Of a stretch of DNA of 40,536 nt, positions 27,033 to 35,579 are shown in pieces. The translations under genes were made by a program, and so were the position numbers. The notes beneath the pieces are model-generated. The model was not told where the DNA came from. It did no database searches and worked only from the letters and a program-made list of their open reading frames with translations. The first letter of the stretch is position 1. Each line of letters starts with the position of its first letter. Source of the stretch: an uncultured Lachnospiraceae bacterium (lineage in GTDB: Bacteria > Bacillota > Clostridia > Lachnospirales > Lachnospiraceae); NCBI GenBank assembly GCA_944382505.1, contig CALWNA010000146.1, positions 1 to 40,536 on the forward strand. Reading direction: 5' to 3'.

Positions 27033-27055
27033 ATGACAAAAAATGCGATTAAGTC

Positions 27056-27084
27056 TTGATAAAATGGTTTCAAATGCTTATAAT
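27056..27084 (+). promoter_or_regulatory. Sigma-A promoter of pgi
   Basis: TTGATA-17 bp-TATAAT. Confidence 0.7.
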
Positions 27085-27122
27085 ATGGGATAGTTTTGAA
27101 AAAAACGGAGGAAAAGAGAAAT

Positions 27123-28469
27123 ATGGTTAAGGTAACGTTTGATTATTCAAAGGCAGCTTCATTTATTTCAGATGATGAAGTGGAAAATATGAGAAAAATC
27201 GCAGAAAATGCAAAAAAAGTTCTGGTTGAAAGAACAGGGGAAGGCAATGATTTCCTGGGATGGATTGATTTACCGATAGATTATGATAAAGATGAATTTG
27301 AAAGAATTAAAAAAGCAGCAGAAAAGATAAAAAATGATTCAGAAGTGCTGATTGTTATTGGAATTGGCGGTTCTTACCTTGGTGCGAGAGCTGCAATTGA
27401 TTTCTTAAGACATGGCTTCTACAATAATGTCCCAAAAGAAATCAGAAAAACTCCGGAAATATATTATGCAGGAAACAATATCAGTCAGGCATATCTTCAG
27501 GGATTACTGGATGTTGTCGGAGACAGAGATTTCTCGGTGAATGTTATTTCCAAGTCAGGAACCACAACAGAGCCGGCGATTGCATTCAGAGTATTTAAAG
27601 AGAAACTCGAGAAGAAATATGGAAAGAAAGAAGCGGCTAAGAGAATTTACGCAACAACAGACAAAGCAAAGGGAGCGTTAAAGGTGCTTGCAACAGCAGA
27701 AGGATATGAGAGTTTTGTTGTTCCGGATGATGTAGGAGGACGTTTCTCTGTTCTCACAGCAGTAGGTTTACTCCCGATAGCGGTAAGCGGAGCTGATATT
27801 GACCAGCTTATGGCAGGTGCAGCGAGCGGAAGAGAAAGAGCACTTGGCAGTACATTTGAAGAAAATGATGCCATGAAGTATGCCGTAGTCAGAAATATAT
27901 TATATAGAAAAGGGAAAGCTGTTGAAATTATAGCTAATTACGAACCAAGTCTTCATTATTTTGGTGAGTGGTGGAAGCAGCTTTATGGTGAAAGCGAAGG
28001 AAAAGATGGGAAAGGTATCTTTCCGGCAGCGGTGGACTTCACAACCGATCTTCATTCTATGGGACAGTTTATTCAGGACGGTTCAAGAATTATGTTTGAG
28101 ACAGTGCTAAATGTTGAAAACACAAACGCTAAGATTATGATAGAGAAAGATCCGGATGATTTAGACGGATTAAATTACCTTGCAGGCAAGGATATGGATT
28201 TTGTAAACAAGAGCGCCATGAATGGTACGATTCTTGCGCACACAGACGGAGATGTTCCAAATCTTATGGTGAACATTCCGGAGCAGAATGAATTTTATCT
28301 TGGCGAATTGTTCTATATGTATGAATTTGCATGTGGTGTCAGCGGATATATGCTTGGTGTGAATCCATTTAATCAGCCGGGGGTTGAAAGCTATAAGAAA
28401 AACATGTTCGCATTACTTGGAAAACCAGGTTATGAAGACATGACGGCAGAACTTTTAAAGAGATTATAA
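27123..28469 (+). CDS. pgi: Glucose-6-phosphate isomerase
   Basis: [59 protein letters not shown] precedes ATG 27123. Confidence 0.97.
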   Translation: MVKVTFDYSKAASFISDDEVENMRKIAENAKKVLVERTGEGNDFLGWIDLPIDYDKDEFERIKKAAEKIKNDSEVLIVIGIGGSYLGARAAIDFLRHGFYNNVPKEIRKTPEIYYAGNNISQAYLQGLLDVVGDRDFSVNVISKSGTTTEPAIAFRVFKEKLEKKYGKKEAAKRIYATTDKAKGALKVLATAEGYESFVVPDDVGGRFSVLTAVGLLPIAVSGADIDQLMAGAASGRERALGSTFEENDAMKYAVVRNILYRKGKAVEIIANYEPSLHYFGEWWKQLYGESEGKDGKGIFPAAVDFTTDLHSMGQFIQDGSRIMFETVLNVENTNAKIMIEKDPDDLDGLNYLAGKDMDFVNKSAMNGTILAHTDGDVPNLMVNIPEQNEFYLGELFYMYEFACGVSGYMLGVNPFNQPGVESYKKNMFALLGKPGYEDMTAELLKRL

Positions 28470-28484
28470 TCATAATGAATAATC

Positions 28485-28523
28485 AAAAATGCCGGAAGAC
28501 GAATATGGTCTTCCGGCATTTTT
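28485..28523. terminator. Bidirectional intrinsic terminator
   Basis: Perfect 16-bp stem AAAAATGCCGGAAGAC / GTCTTCCGGCATTTTT, 7-nt loop, between convergent genes. Confidence 0.85.
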
Positions 28524-28788
28524 AGTCTTCTTCAATAACATAAAAATCCAGATAATCAAAATCAATAGGTTCCACAAAACTATCAGCATAAAAACGGGTT
28601 CGGGCAATACGTTTGAACTCTTTAATATTTGTGTCCAGCCATATGGGATTGGAAAGATCAAATTCGTCACAGATTTGCTCCAGTGCGTTGAAAACTTTGT
28701 GTGTTCTTGTATCATCCATATTCAGCTCAATGGTGGTACTTTGAAGCATTTTATTATTTTGAAAAATTCTTCCCCAAACCCGAAACAT
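28522..28788 (-). CDS. Small hypothetical protein (88 aa, MFRVWGRIF...)
   Basis: AAGGAG RBS before ATG 28788; ends at the shared terminator; protein-like composition. Confidence 0.8.
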   Translation of the reverse strand: MFRVWGRIFQNNKMLQSTTIELNMDDTRTHKVFNALEQICDEFDLSNPIWLDTNIKEFKRIARTRFYADSFVEPIDFDYLDFYVIEED

Positions 28789-28957
28789 ATAAAACTCCTT
28801 AGACATATTTTTTATTATATGCAAAATAATAATTATGATTTAAGATTGATATGAAATTCATAAATTACATATAAGTTTAAAATAAAAATAAATGAATGTA
28901 AAGATATAAAAGTTTTTCACAGCAAAAGAGCGGAAAAAACTGCAAGCTACTTTTTTC

Positions 28958-28986
28958 TTCCAATATTTACTGAATAATGGTATACT
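28958..28986 (+). promoter_or_regulatory. Putative sigma-A promoter of gdpP-rplI-dnaB
   Basis: TTCCAA-17 bp-TATACT with a TG extended -10. Confidence 0.6.
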
Positions 28987-29032
28987 AAAAACGAATGGCT
29001 ATAAATGCATATTATAAATATTAGAGGGTAAT

Positions 29033-31144
29033 ATGAAAAAGATTTCAATGCTGTCTGCATGGCAAGATGGCGGTGGAATGGAGTGTTCTATGGAAAAAGA
29101 AAAAAATGTCAAAGCAAGAGGACAGATAAGCAGATATTTAAAATGGCCGTTGTATTTTAATTTATTTTGGATGATAATTACGGTGATTACATACTTTTTG
29201 GATGTGAAGGCAGGGATTGTTATGACTGCGTCTCTGCTTGTTTATGTTGCTGTCACGATAGGAATATACTTTGGATTTAAGCCTGCCATAATTAAAAAAT
29301 TAATGGATTTTGGAGCAGAGTATAGTCAGGTGCAGAGACAGATGCTTCATGAAATGGAGATTCCGTACGGCCTTTTGGAAGAAAACGGGAAGGTGCTTTG
29401 GACAAACGAAGAACTTGATAAAATGTTTTTGGGAAAGAATATTAGAAACAAAAGCATCAGCACGATCTTTGGGGATTTTAAACCGGAATATCTTGAATTT
29501 GAGGAAAATGGCAGAAATGAGTTTAACATTGAATATGAAGGCTGTGTTTACAGAATTGTCTTAAAGTTATTTGCATTAAAGGAAAACATTGGGGACAGTC
29601 AGCTTACACTTCTTGAAGAAGATACAGGAAGTATTATTTCAATGTATATGTTTGATGAGACGCTGATTCATCAGCTCTCAAAAGAAAATAAAGACGAAAA
29701 GCTGGTCACAGGCCATATTTATATTGATAATTATGATGAAGTTCTTCAAAGTATTGAAGCTACAAGAAGGACATTGCTGGTGGCACTGATTGACAGAAAA
29801 ATTAATAAATATTTTTCCCAGTATGACGGTATTGTAAGAAAGCTGGAAAATGACAAATACTTTGTTATTTTTAAAACAAAATATATCAGCAAAATGCAGA
29901 CAAATAAGTTCGCTATTTTGGATGAAGTAAAGACGGTTAATATTGGAAACGGCCTTCCGATTACCATTAGTATCGGGATCGGTATGGGAGGAGACGGACT
30001 GGTGGAAAGTTACGATCTGGCTGGAACCGCCATAGACATGGCATTGGGCAGAGGCGGAGACCAGGCCGTCCTGAAAGATGGAAATAAGGTATACTATTAT
30101 GGAGGAAAATCAAAAACTGTAGAAAAAAATACGAAGGTAAAATCCAGAGTTAAGGCAACGGCTTTCCGGGATTTGATTGAGACAAAAGAAGCATTGTATA
30201 TTATGGGGCACCATATTGGAGATAATGATTCTTTCGGCGCTGCCATCGGGTTTTATCGTATCGGAAAGACCATTGGCAAGGAAGTGCATATTGTATTGGG
30301 GGAAGTCAGCAGCAGTGTCGTTCCGATGGTAAATGTTTTTAAGGAAAGTGACATATATGAGGACGATATGTTTATAACCGGACCTGAGGCAGCGGCAGAG
30401 ATTTCCAGAAACGATGCGCTTATTATTGTCGACTGCAGCAGAGCGGGATACACAGAATACCCGGAACTGGTGCGCAGGGCGCAATGTCTGATTGTTTTTG
30501 ATCATCACAGACAGACGACGGATGTTATTGATAATGCACAGCTTTCTTATATTGAATTATCATCATCATCAACCTGTGAAATGGTTGTTGAAATAATGCA
30601 GTATATAAAGGAAACTGTCAAACTCACAAAGCCTGAGGCAGAGGCTTTATATGGCGGTATTATGATTGATACAAATAATTTTACAAACAGGACCGGTGTA
30701 AGAACTTTTGAAGCGGCGGCGTATCTGAAAAAGAACGGTGCAGACATTACAAAAGTCCGGAGAATGTTCCGAGATGATATCAGCGACTATAAGGCAAAAG
30801 CGGCAGCAATTCAGAATACAGAAATATATTTAGAGGAGTATGCTATTTCCATTTGCAGAGCAGAGGGCGTTTCCTCTCCTACTGTCGTAGGAGCTCAGGC
30901 AGCCAATGAACTTCTCAATGTAAAGAATATTAAGGCATCTTTTGTATGCACACCATATAATGACCAGATATATATTAGTGCAAGATCTCTGGACAAAATT
31001 AACGTGCAGTTAATTATGGAAGAATTTGGCGGCGGCGGACATATGAATCTTGCCGGAGCACAGGTAAAAGACAGAACGGTTGGTGAAGTCGTGTTGATGT
31101 TAAAACAGATTATCAGCAAGCGTTTGGAGGAAGGAGAAATTTAA
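29033..31144 (+). CDS. gdpP: Cyclic-di-AMP phosphodiesterase GdpP (2 TM, PAS, degenerate GGDEF, DHH-DHHA1)
   Basis: [38 protein letters not shown]; canonical gdpP-rplI-dnaB order. Start may be ATG 29090. Confidence 0.93.
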   Translation: MKKISMLSAWQDGGGMECSMEKEKNVKARGQISRYLKWPLYFNLFWMIITVITYFLDVKAGIVMTASLLVYVAVTIGIYFGFKPAIIKKLMDFGAEYSQVQRQMLHEMEIPYGLLEENGKVLWTNEELDKMFLGKNIRNKSISTIFGDFKPEYLEFEENGRNEFNIEYEGCVYRIVLKLFALKENIGDSQLTLLEEDTGSIISMYMFDETLIHQLSKENKDEKLVTGHIYIDNYDEVLQSIEATRRTLLVALIDRKINKYFSQYDGIVRKLENDKYFVIFKTKYISKMQTNKFAILDEVKTVNIGNGLPITISIGIGMGGDGLVESYDLAGTAIDMALGRGGDQAVLKDGNKVYYYGGKSKTVEKNTKVKSRVKATAFRDLIETKEALYIMGHHIGDNDSFGAAIGFYRIGKTIGKEVHIVLGEVSSSVVPMVNVFKESDIYEDDMFITGPEAAAEISRNDALIIVDCSRAGYTEYPELVRRAQCLIVFDHHRQTTDVIDNAQLSYIELSSSSTCEMVVEIMQYIKETVKLTKPEAEALYGGIMIDTNNFTNRTGVRTFEAAAYLKKNGADITKVRRMFRDDISDYKAKAAAIQNTEIYLEEYAISICRAEGVSSPTVVGAQAANELLNVKNIKASFVCTPYNDQIYISARSLDKINVQLIMEEFGGGGHMNLAGAQVKDRTVGEVVLMLKQIISKRLEEGEI

Positions 31145-31590
31145 TGAAAGTAATATTATTACAGGATGTAAAAACTCTTGGAAAAAAGGGAGAAATTGTT
31201 AATGTCAACGATGGATATGCAAGAAACTATATTTTGCCTAAGAAAATAGGTTTGGAAGCAAATGGGAAAAATTTAAATGACTTAAAACTGCAGAAGCAGA
31301 ATGAAGAAAAAGTGGCACAGGAAAAACTTGCGGCGGCACAGGCACTTGCGGCAGAACTGGCAGATAAGTTTATTACTGTTAAGATTCAGGCGGGGGTAGA
31401 AGGCAAAGTGTTTGGCTCCATATCGAGCAAGGAAATCTCCATGGAAGCCAAGAGACAGTTGAATCTGGATATTGACAAAAAGAAGATTGTTATTCCTGAT
31501 GCCATTAAGTCACTGGGAACGTATCATGTTAATATAAAACTCCACAAAGATGTTACGGCAACCCTGTCGGTTAAAGTAGAAGCGAAGTAG
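31144..31590 (+). CDS. rplI: 50S ribosomal protein L9
   Basis: [29 protein letters not shown]. Confidence 0.98.
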   Translation: MKVILLQDVKTLGKKGEIVNVNDGYARNYILPKKIGLEANGKNLNDLKLQKQNEEKVAQEKLAAAQALAAELADKFITVKIQAGVEGKVFGSISSKEISMEAKRQLNLDIDKKKIVIPDAIKSLGTYHVNIKLHKDVTATLSVKVEAK

Positions 31591-31647
31591 TTAGTTTATG
31601 TTGAAAAGGAAAAGATAATTTTTAGTGACAGTTCAGGAGATAGACAT

Positions 31648-32985
31648 ATGGAAGAGGCGGTAGTAAAAAGAATCATGCCCCATAGCAATGAAGCGGAACA
31701 GGCGGTAATCGGTTCCATGATAATGGATGTGGATGCGATTCCTGTTGCCATGGAAAAAATTACCGCAGAGGACTTTTATAATAAGCAGTTTGGGTCAATG
31801 TTTCAGGCAATGGTGGAACTGTTTAATGAAGGCAGAACCTGTGACCTTATTACAATTAAGACAAAGCTGGAGGAAATGGATGTTCCTTCAGAAGTTATCA
31901 GTATTGACTTTATCAGAAATATTTTGGATATGGTACCGACTTCAGCAAACATTAAGCAGTATACGGATATTGTTTATGAAAAAGCGGTTTTGAGAAATTT
32001 GATTCGCGCTAATGAGGAGATTGCCAATACGTGTTATGCCGGTAATGAAAAATTGGAAACAATCTTAGAGAAGACAGAGAAGAAGATTTTTGATTTAATT
32101 CAATCCGGCAACACAGGAGATTATACGCCGGTACGGCAGGTTGTTCTGAATGTATTTGAAAAAATCGAGAAAGCTTCCCAGACAAGAGGTTCCATTACCG
32201 GACTTGAGACGGGGTTTACAAAGTTAGATACACAGCTTTCGGGATTACAGCCGTCAGATCTTATTTTGATTGCGGCGAGACCTTCTGTGGGAAAGACAGC
32301 CTTTGTGCTTAATATCACGGAAACAATTGCAGTAAAACATAATATACCGGTAGCTATTTTCAGTTTGGAAATGTCCAGTGAGCAGTTGATTAACCGTATG
32401 ATTTCACAAAATTCCATGGTTAGTTCACAGAAAATCAGAAATGGTGATTTAAGTGACAATGAGTGGGCAAATATTGTGGAGTCAGCAAATATAATTGGAA
32501 ATTCCAATATTATTATTGATGATACGCCGGGTATCAGTATTGGGGAAATGCGTTCCCGATGCAGAAAATTTAAGTTGGAAAAAGATATTCAGCTTGTCAT
32601 AGTGGATTATCTGCAACTGATGACGACAAATGGACGCCATTCCAGCAGAGAGCAGGAAATTGCAGAGATTTCCCGTACACTTAAGGGGATTGCCAGAGAA
32701 TTGAATGTCCCGGTAATTGCATTATCACAGTTAAATCGTGCGTCGGAAACAAGAGAAGACAAGAAGCCTATTATGGCTGACCTCCGTGAGTCGGGGTCCA
32801 TAGAGCAGGATGCCGATGTGGTAATGTTAATGTCCCGATATTACGACAGAGAGACAAAGACGGAGGATAGAAACAGAATTATTGTGAATGTGGCAAAACA
32901 AAGAAACGGTCCGGTAGGAGAGGTGGAACTGGTATGGCTGCCACAGTTTACAAAATTTGAGAATGCGGAAATCGAACATGTATAA
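31648..32985 (+). CDS. dnaB: Replicative DNA helicase
   Basis: PHSNEAEQAVIG, AARPSVGKT, FSLEM, VDYLQLM, LSQLNR, DLRESGSIEQDAD, KQRNGP. Confidence 0.97.
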   Translation: MEEAVVKRIMPHSNEAEQAVIGSMIMDVDAIPVAMEKITAEDFYNKQFGSMFQAMVELFNEGRTCDLITIKTKLEEMDVPSEVISIDFIRNILDMVPTSANIKQYTDIVYEKAVLRNLIRANEEIANTCYAGNEKLETILEKTEKKIFDLIQSGNTGDYTPVRQVVLNVFEKIEKASQTRGSITGLETGFTKLDTQLSGLQPSDLILIAARPSVGKTAFVLNITETIAVKHNIPVAIFSLEMSSEQLINRMISQNSMVSSQKIRNGDLSDNEWANIVESANIIGNSNIIIDDTPGISIGEMRSRCRKFKLEKDIQLVIVDYLQLMTTNGRHSSREQEIAEISRTLKGIARELNVPVIALSQLNRASETREDKKPIMADLRESGSIEQDADVVMLMSRYYDRETKTEDRNRIIVNVAKQRNGPVGEVELVWLPQFTKFENAEIEHV

Positions 32986-33055
32986 AAACTGCGAGCCGAT
33001 TAGACACCGAGTGACAAGGTTACAAATAATAGTATTTTTCGCAGTGTTAAATTTA

Positions 33056-33084
33056 TTGAATCCAACATATAATGCATTTATAAT
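33056..33084 (+). promoter_or_regulatory. Putative sigma-A promoter of the MerR/RacA-like gene
   Basis: TTGAAT-17 bp-TATAAT. Confidence 0.6.
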
Positions 33085-33120
33085 TGAGATGTTCAGAAGC
33101 GTGAACGTCTCAATTTTTTT
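33082..33120 (+). terminator. Intrinsic terminator of the gdpP-rplI-dnaB operon
   Basis: 14-bp stem AATTGAGATGTTCA / TGAACGTCTCAATT (one G-U pair), 6-nt loop, T-run to 33120. Confidence 0.7.
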
Positions 33121-33151
33121 GTTAACAGATTATAGTGTTAAGGAGGTTTAA

Positions 33152-33751
33152 ATGGGTGAAAAGCGATATATGATTTCGGACGCATCAAAAATGCTGAATG
33201 TGGAATCCCATGTTTTAAGATACTGGGAGGAAGAACTTTCGATAACAATTCCCCGAAATGAGATGGGACACCGTTACTATACAGAGAATCATATTAATTT
33301 GCTGAAGAATATAAGGGACTTAAAGAAGCAGGGTTATGGATTGCGTGCTATTAAAATGATGATAACCGATCCGGAAGATAAAAAAGAGTCAAAGCAGTTA
33401 CTTGAGGTAAAAGCGGTCAATGGGGTTGAACCCAATGGAAAAATGGAACAGTTTCAGGAAATTATGGACAAGATCGTATCCAAAGCTTTGAAAGAATCCA
33501 CGGTAAATTTGGGCAAAGAATTAAGTGACAATGTGAGTGAAAATGTATTAAAGGGAATGGATTATCTTATGAGAGTGCAGGATGAGAAAGAAGAAGAGCG
33601 GTATAAGAAACTGGATGAGGCCATGAGAAGTCGTCAGCGCATGAGCAGAAAGGAGCGAAAAAAGAAACTGAAAGCTGAAAAGATGTTGACAAAAAAAGCG
33701 GGGAAAAAGAAAACCGAACCGCATTTTGGCAAAAAGCCACAGACTACATAG
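33152..33751 (+). CDS. MerR-type HTH protein with coiled coil and basic tail (RacA-like)
   Basis: ISDASKMLNVESHVLRYWE, RNEMGHRYYT; helical C-terminal half; AAGGAGG RBS. Confidence 0.85.
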   Translation: MGEKRYMISDASKMLNVESHVLRYWEEELSITIPRNEMGHRYYTENHINLLKNIRDLKKQGYGLRAIKMMITDPEDKKESKQLLEVKAVNGVEPNGKMEQFQEIMDKIVSKALKESTVNLGKELSDNVSENVLKGMDYLMRVQDEKEEERYKKLDEAMRSRQRMSRKERKKKLKAEKMLTKKAGKKKTEPHFGKKPQTT

Positions 33752-33777
33752 CAGATATTTGGTAAGACAATTACACG

Positions 33778-33811
33778 TTAAAAGAGACTGTCAAGTGACA
33801 GCCTCTTTTAA
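33778..33811. terminator. Bidirectional terminator between the MerR-like and ferredoxin genes
   Basis: TTAAAAGAGACTGTCA / TGACAGCCTCTTTTAA inverted repeat with one mismatch. Confidence 0.8.
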
Positions 33812-33860
33812 ACATTGTTTACATATCGGTTAAATATTTTAAGGATATTTCCTTAATTAT

Positions 33861-34034
33861 TTATGCATCTAATTCGATAGAACCTGTTGGGCAAGTACCT
33901 GCACATGCACCGCATTCGATACAAGTGTCAGCATCGATAACGTAAACACCGTCACCTTCGCTAATAGCGCCAACCGGGCAAGAGCCTGCGCATGCACCAC
34001 AACCGATACATCCATCATTAATCTTGTAAGCCAT
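33861..34034 (-). CDS. fdx: Clostridial-type 2[4Fe-4S] ferredoxin (57 aa)
   Basis: MAYKI start with two CxxCxxCxxxCP motifs; AGGAGG RBS before ATG 34034. The track ORF is over-extended. Confidence 0.96.
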   Translation of the reverse strand: MAYKINDGCIGCGACAGSCPVGAISEGDGVYVIDADTCIECGACAGTCPTGSIELDA

Positions 34035-34146
34035 TATGTATAAGCCTCCTTTAATATTTATAGAAATATAATAATACAATTGAAGACATATTGCAATAAA
34101 ATAATTGTTTACAAAATTAGTAAAGATTAACAAAATGATAAAAAAT

Positions 34147-34869
34147 TTATTTTCGGACAACAGTAATAACTCTGCCAAAAAAGTGTATATCATCTATGTC
34201 GGTTATTTTTATGGAACTGCCACGATGATTGACGGAAGCCAGTTCAATAGGGTTGCTGACAATGTATTTCCGTATGTATATTTTATGACCGATGAGAAAT
34301 ATTCCGATTTCCCGGTTAAGAGGAAATCGGTCTTTGGCAATCAGGAGAATGTCATTGTCCAGATAAGTGGGATGAAGTGATTTTCCTACAATTTTCAACC
34401 CGCACATAATATTGTTTTTAAAATCTTTCTGATAGGGGGAGATATTGATGGAATCTGTAAAAATACTGTCAAAAATCATACCATCGTAGAATTTTCCGAC
34501 AGGAACCAATACAGGTATGTTATTGTTGAGATATTTTTGATTGTACTCATGGAGATACATTTCAAAATTGGCGATTTCTGATAATAAGGTAAGTGCGCGT
34601 TGTGGAAGATGTCGGGATTGTAAATTATAGATTGAATTCCACTCTAAAAGATGATCCGGACTGCTCTCAAAAGCTTTACTCAGCTTAATAATGCTGTATA
34701 TCGTGGGATTATTGATTTTTCCGCCCACAAGTTTTTTGACAGATTCATAAGGAAGCTCGGCTTCTTCAGAAAGTTGCTTGATGGACCAGCCTTTATCATA
34801 CATAAGTTTGTTAATGGAATTCAAAATCCTGTTTTTATAATATAATATTTCAGCATATTTTTTGTTCAA
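34147..34869 (-). CDS. XRE (Cro/CI) HTH regulator with a C-terminal peptidase S24-like domain
   Basis: KGWSIKQLSEEAELPYESVKKL..G..NP...IIKLSKAF HTH; KIVGKSLHPTYLDNDILLI, LASVN, FFGRVI resemble the S24 fold. AAGGAGG RBS before TTG 34869. Confidence 0.85.
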   Translation of the reverse strand: MNKKYAEILYYKNRILNSINKLMYDKGWSIKQLSEEAELPYESVKKLVGGKINNPTIYSIIKLSKAFESSPDHLLEWNSIYNLQSRHLPQRALTLLSEIANFEMYLHEYNQKYLNNNIPVLVPVGKFYDGMIFDSIFTDSINISPYQKDFKNNIMCGLKIVGKSLHPTYLDNDILLIAKDRFPLNREIGIFLIGHKIYIRKYIVSNPIELASVNHRGSSIKITDIDDIHFFGRVITVVRK

Positions 34870-35034
34870 TAATTTCCCTCCTTTAAGTGTAATATGTGGC
34901 ATATTGGCAATTGACTTTATTGAATTTCGTGCCAAATAATGCCTTTTTTTAATTTACAATAAGAGTTATGATATAACGCGGAAAATGTATTGTAATATCA
35001 TTTTATCAATAATACAGATAAAAAAGGGGAAAAA

Positions 35035-35577
35035 ATGAAAAAATTGCAAATTACAATAGCAGATGATAATCCGGCATTATTGCAACAATTGGCAGATTTT
35101 ATAATTGATGAATCTTGCAGCAAGGGTGTAAATTATATTATGGTCAAACCTTTTAATGTGGGAGTTATAGCCGGCAAGGCAGAGCATGTGCGGGATGCCA
35201 TTGGAAAAGATAAAAAAATAAAGGAATCAAAACCGGATGTTGATATGATTATTGCAGAAAAATTGAATCAGATAGGTATTCCTGCAAGCTTAAAAGGATA
35301 TCGATATATCTGCACTGCCATTAAGGAAGTATTGAAGGATGAGATGGCGCTGGAGGGTATAACAAAAGTGCTGTATCCCAATGTAGCCAAAAAGCATAAC
35401 TCTACATCGCAGCGGGTAGAAAAAGCAATCAGACATGCAATAGAGGTCGCATGGTCGAGAAACGAAGAAAGTGAATTAAAAAAGGAATTCAAATTTTCTA
35501 AGGGTTCCGGACGCATGCGACCTACAAATTCGGAATTTATCGCAGTGTTAAGTCAGAACATAAGAAGGTCTGTATAA
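35035..35577 (+). CDS. Spo0A paralog: intact Spo0A C-terminal DNA-binding domain with an internally deleted receiver domain
   Basis: IGIPASLKGYRY, ITKVLYPNVAKK, RVEKAIRHAIEVAWSR, PTNSEFIA; the N-terminal IADDN segment is joined directly to GVNYIMVKPF. Confidence 0.9.
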   Translation: MKKLQITIADDNPALLQQLADFIIDESCSKGVNYIMVKPFNVGVIAGKAEHVRDAIGKDKKIKESKPDVDMIIAEKLNQIGIPASLKGYRYICTAIKEVLKDEMALEGITKVLYPNVAKKHNSTSQRVEKAIRHAIEVAWSRNEESELKKEFKFSKGSGRMRPTNSEFIAVLSQNIRRSV

Positions 35578-35579
35578 TA

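Noticed and set aside
34919-34935. Sigma-54 promoter (TGGCACG on the minus strand)
   Set aside because: The -12 TTGC element is missing at the required spacing.
34147-35577. Prophage remnant
   Set aside because: No integrase, structural genes or att-like direct repeats were seen around the XRE/S24 gene.
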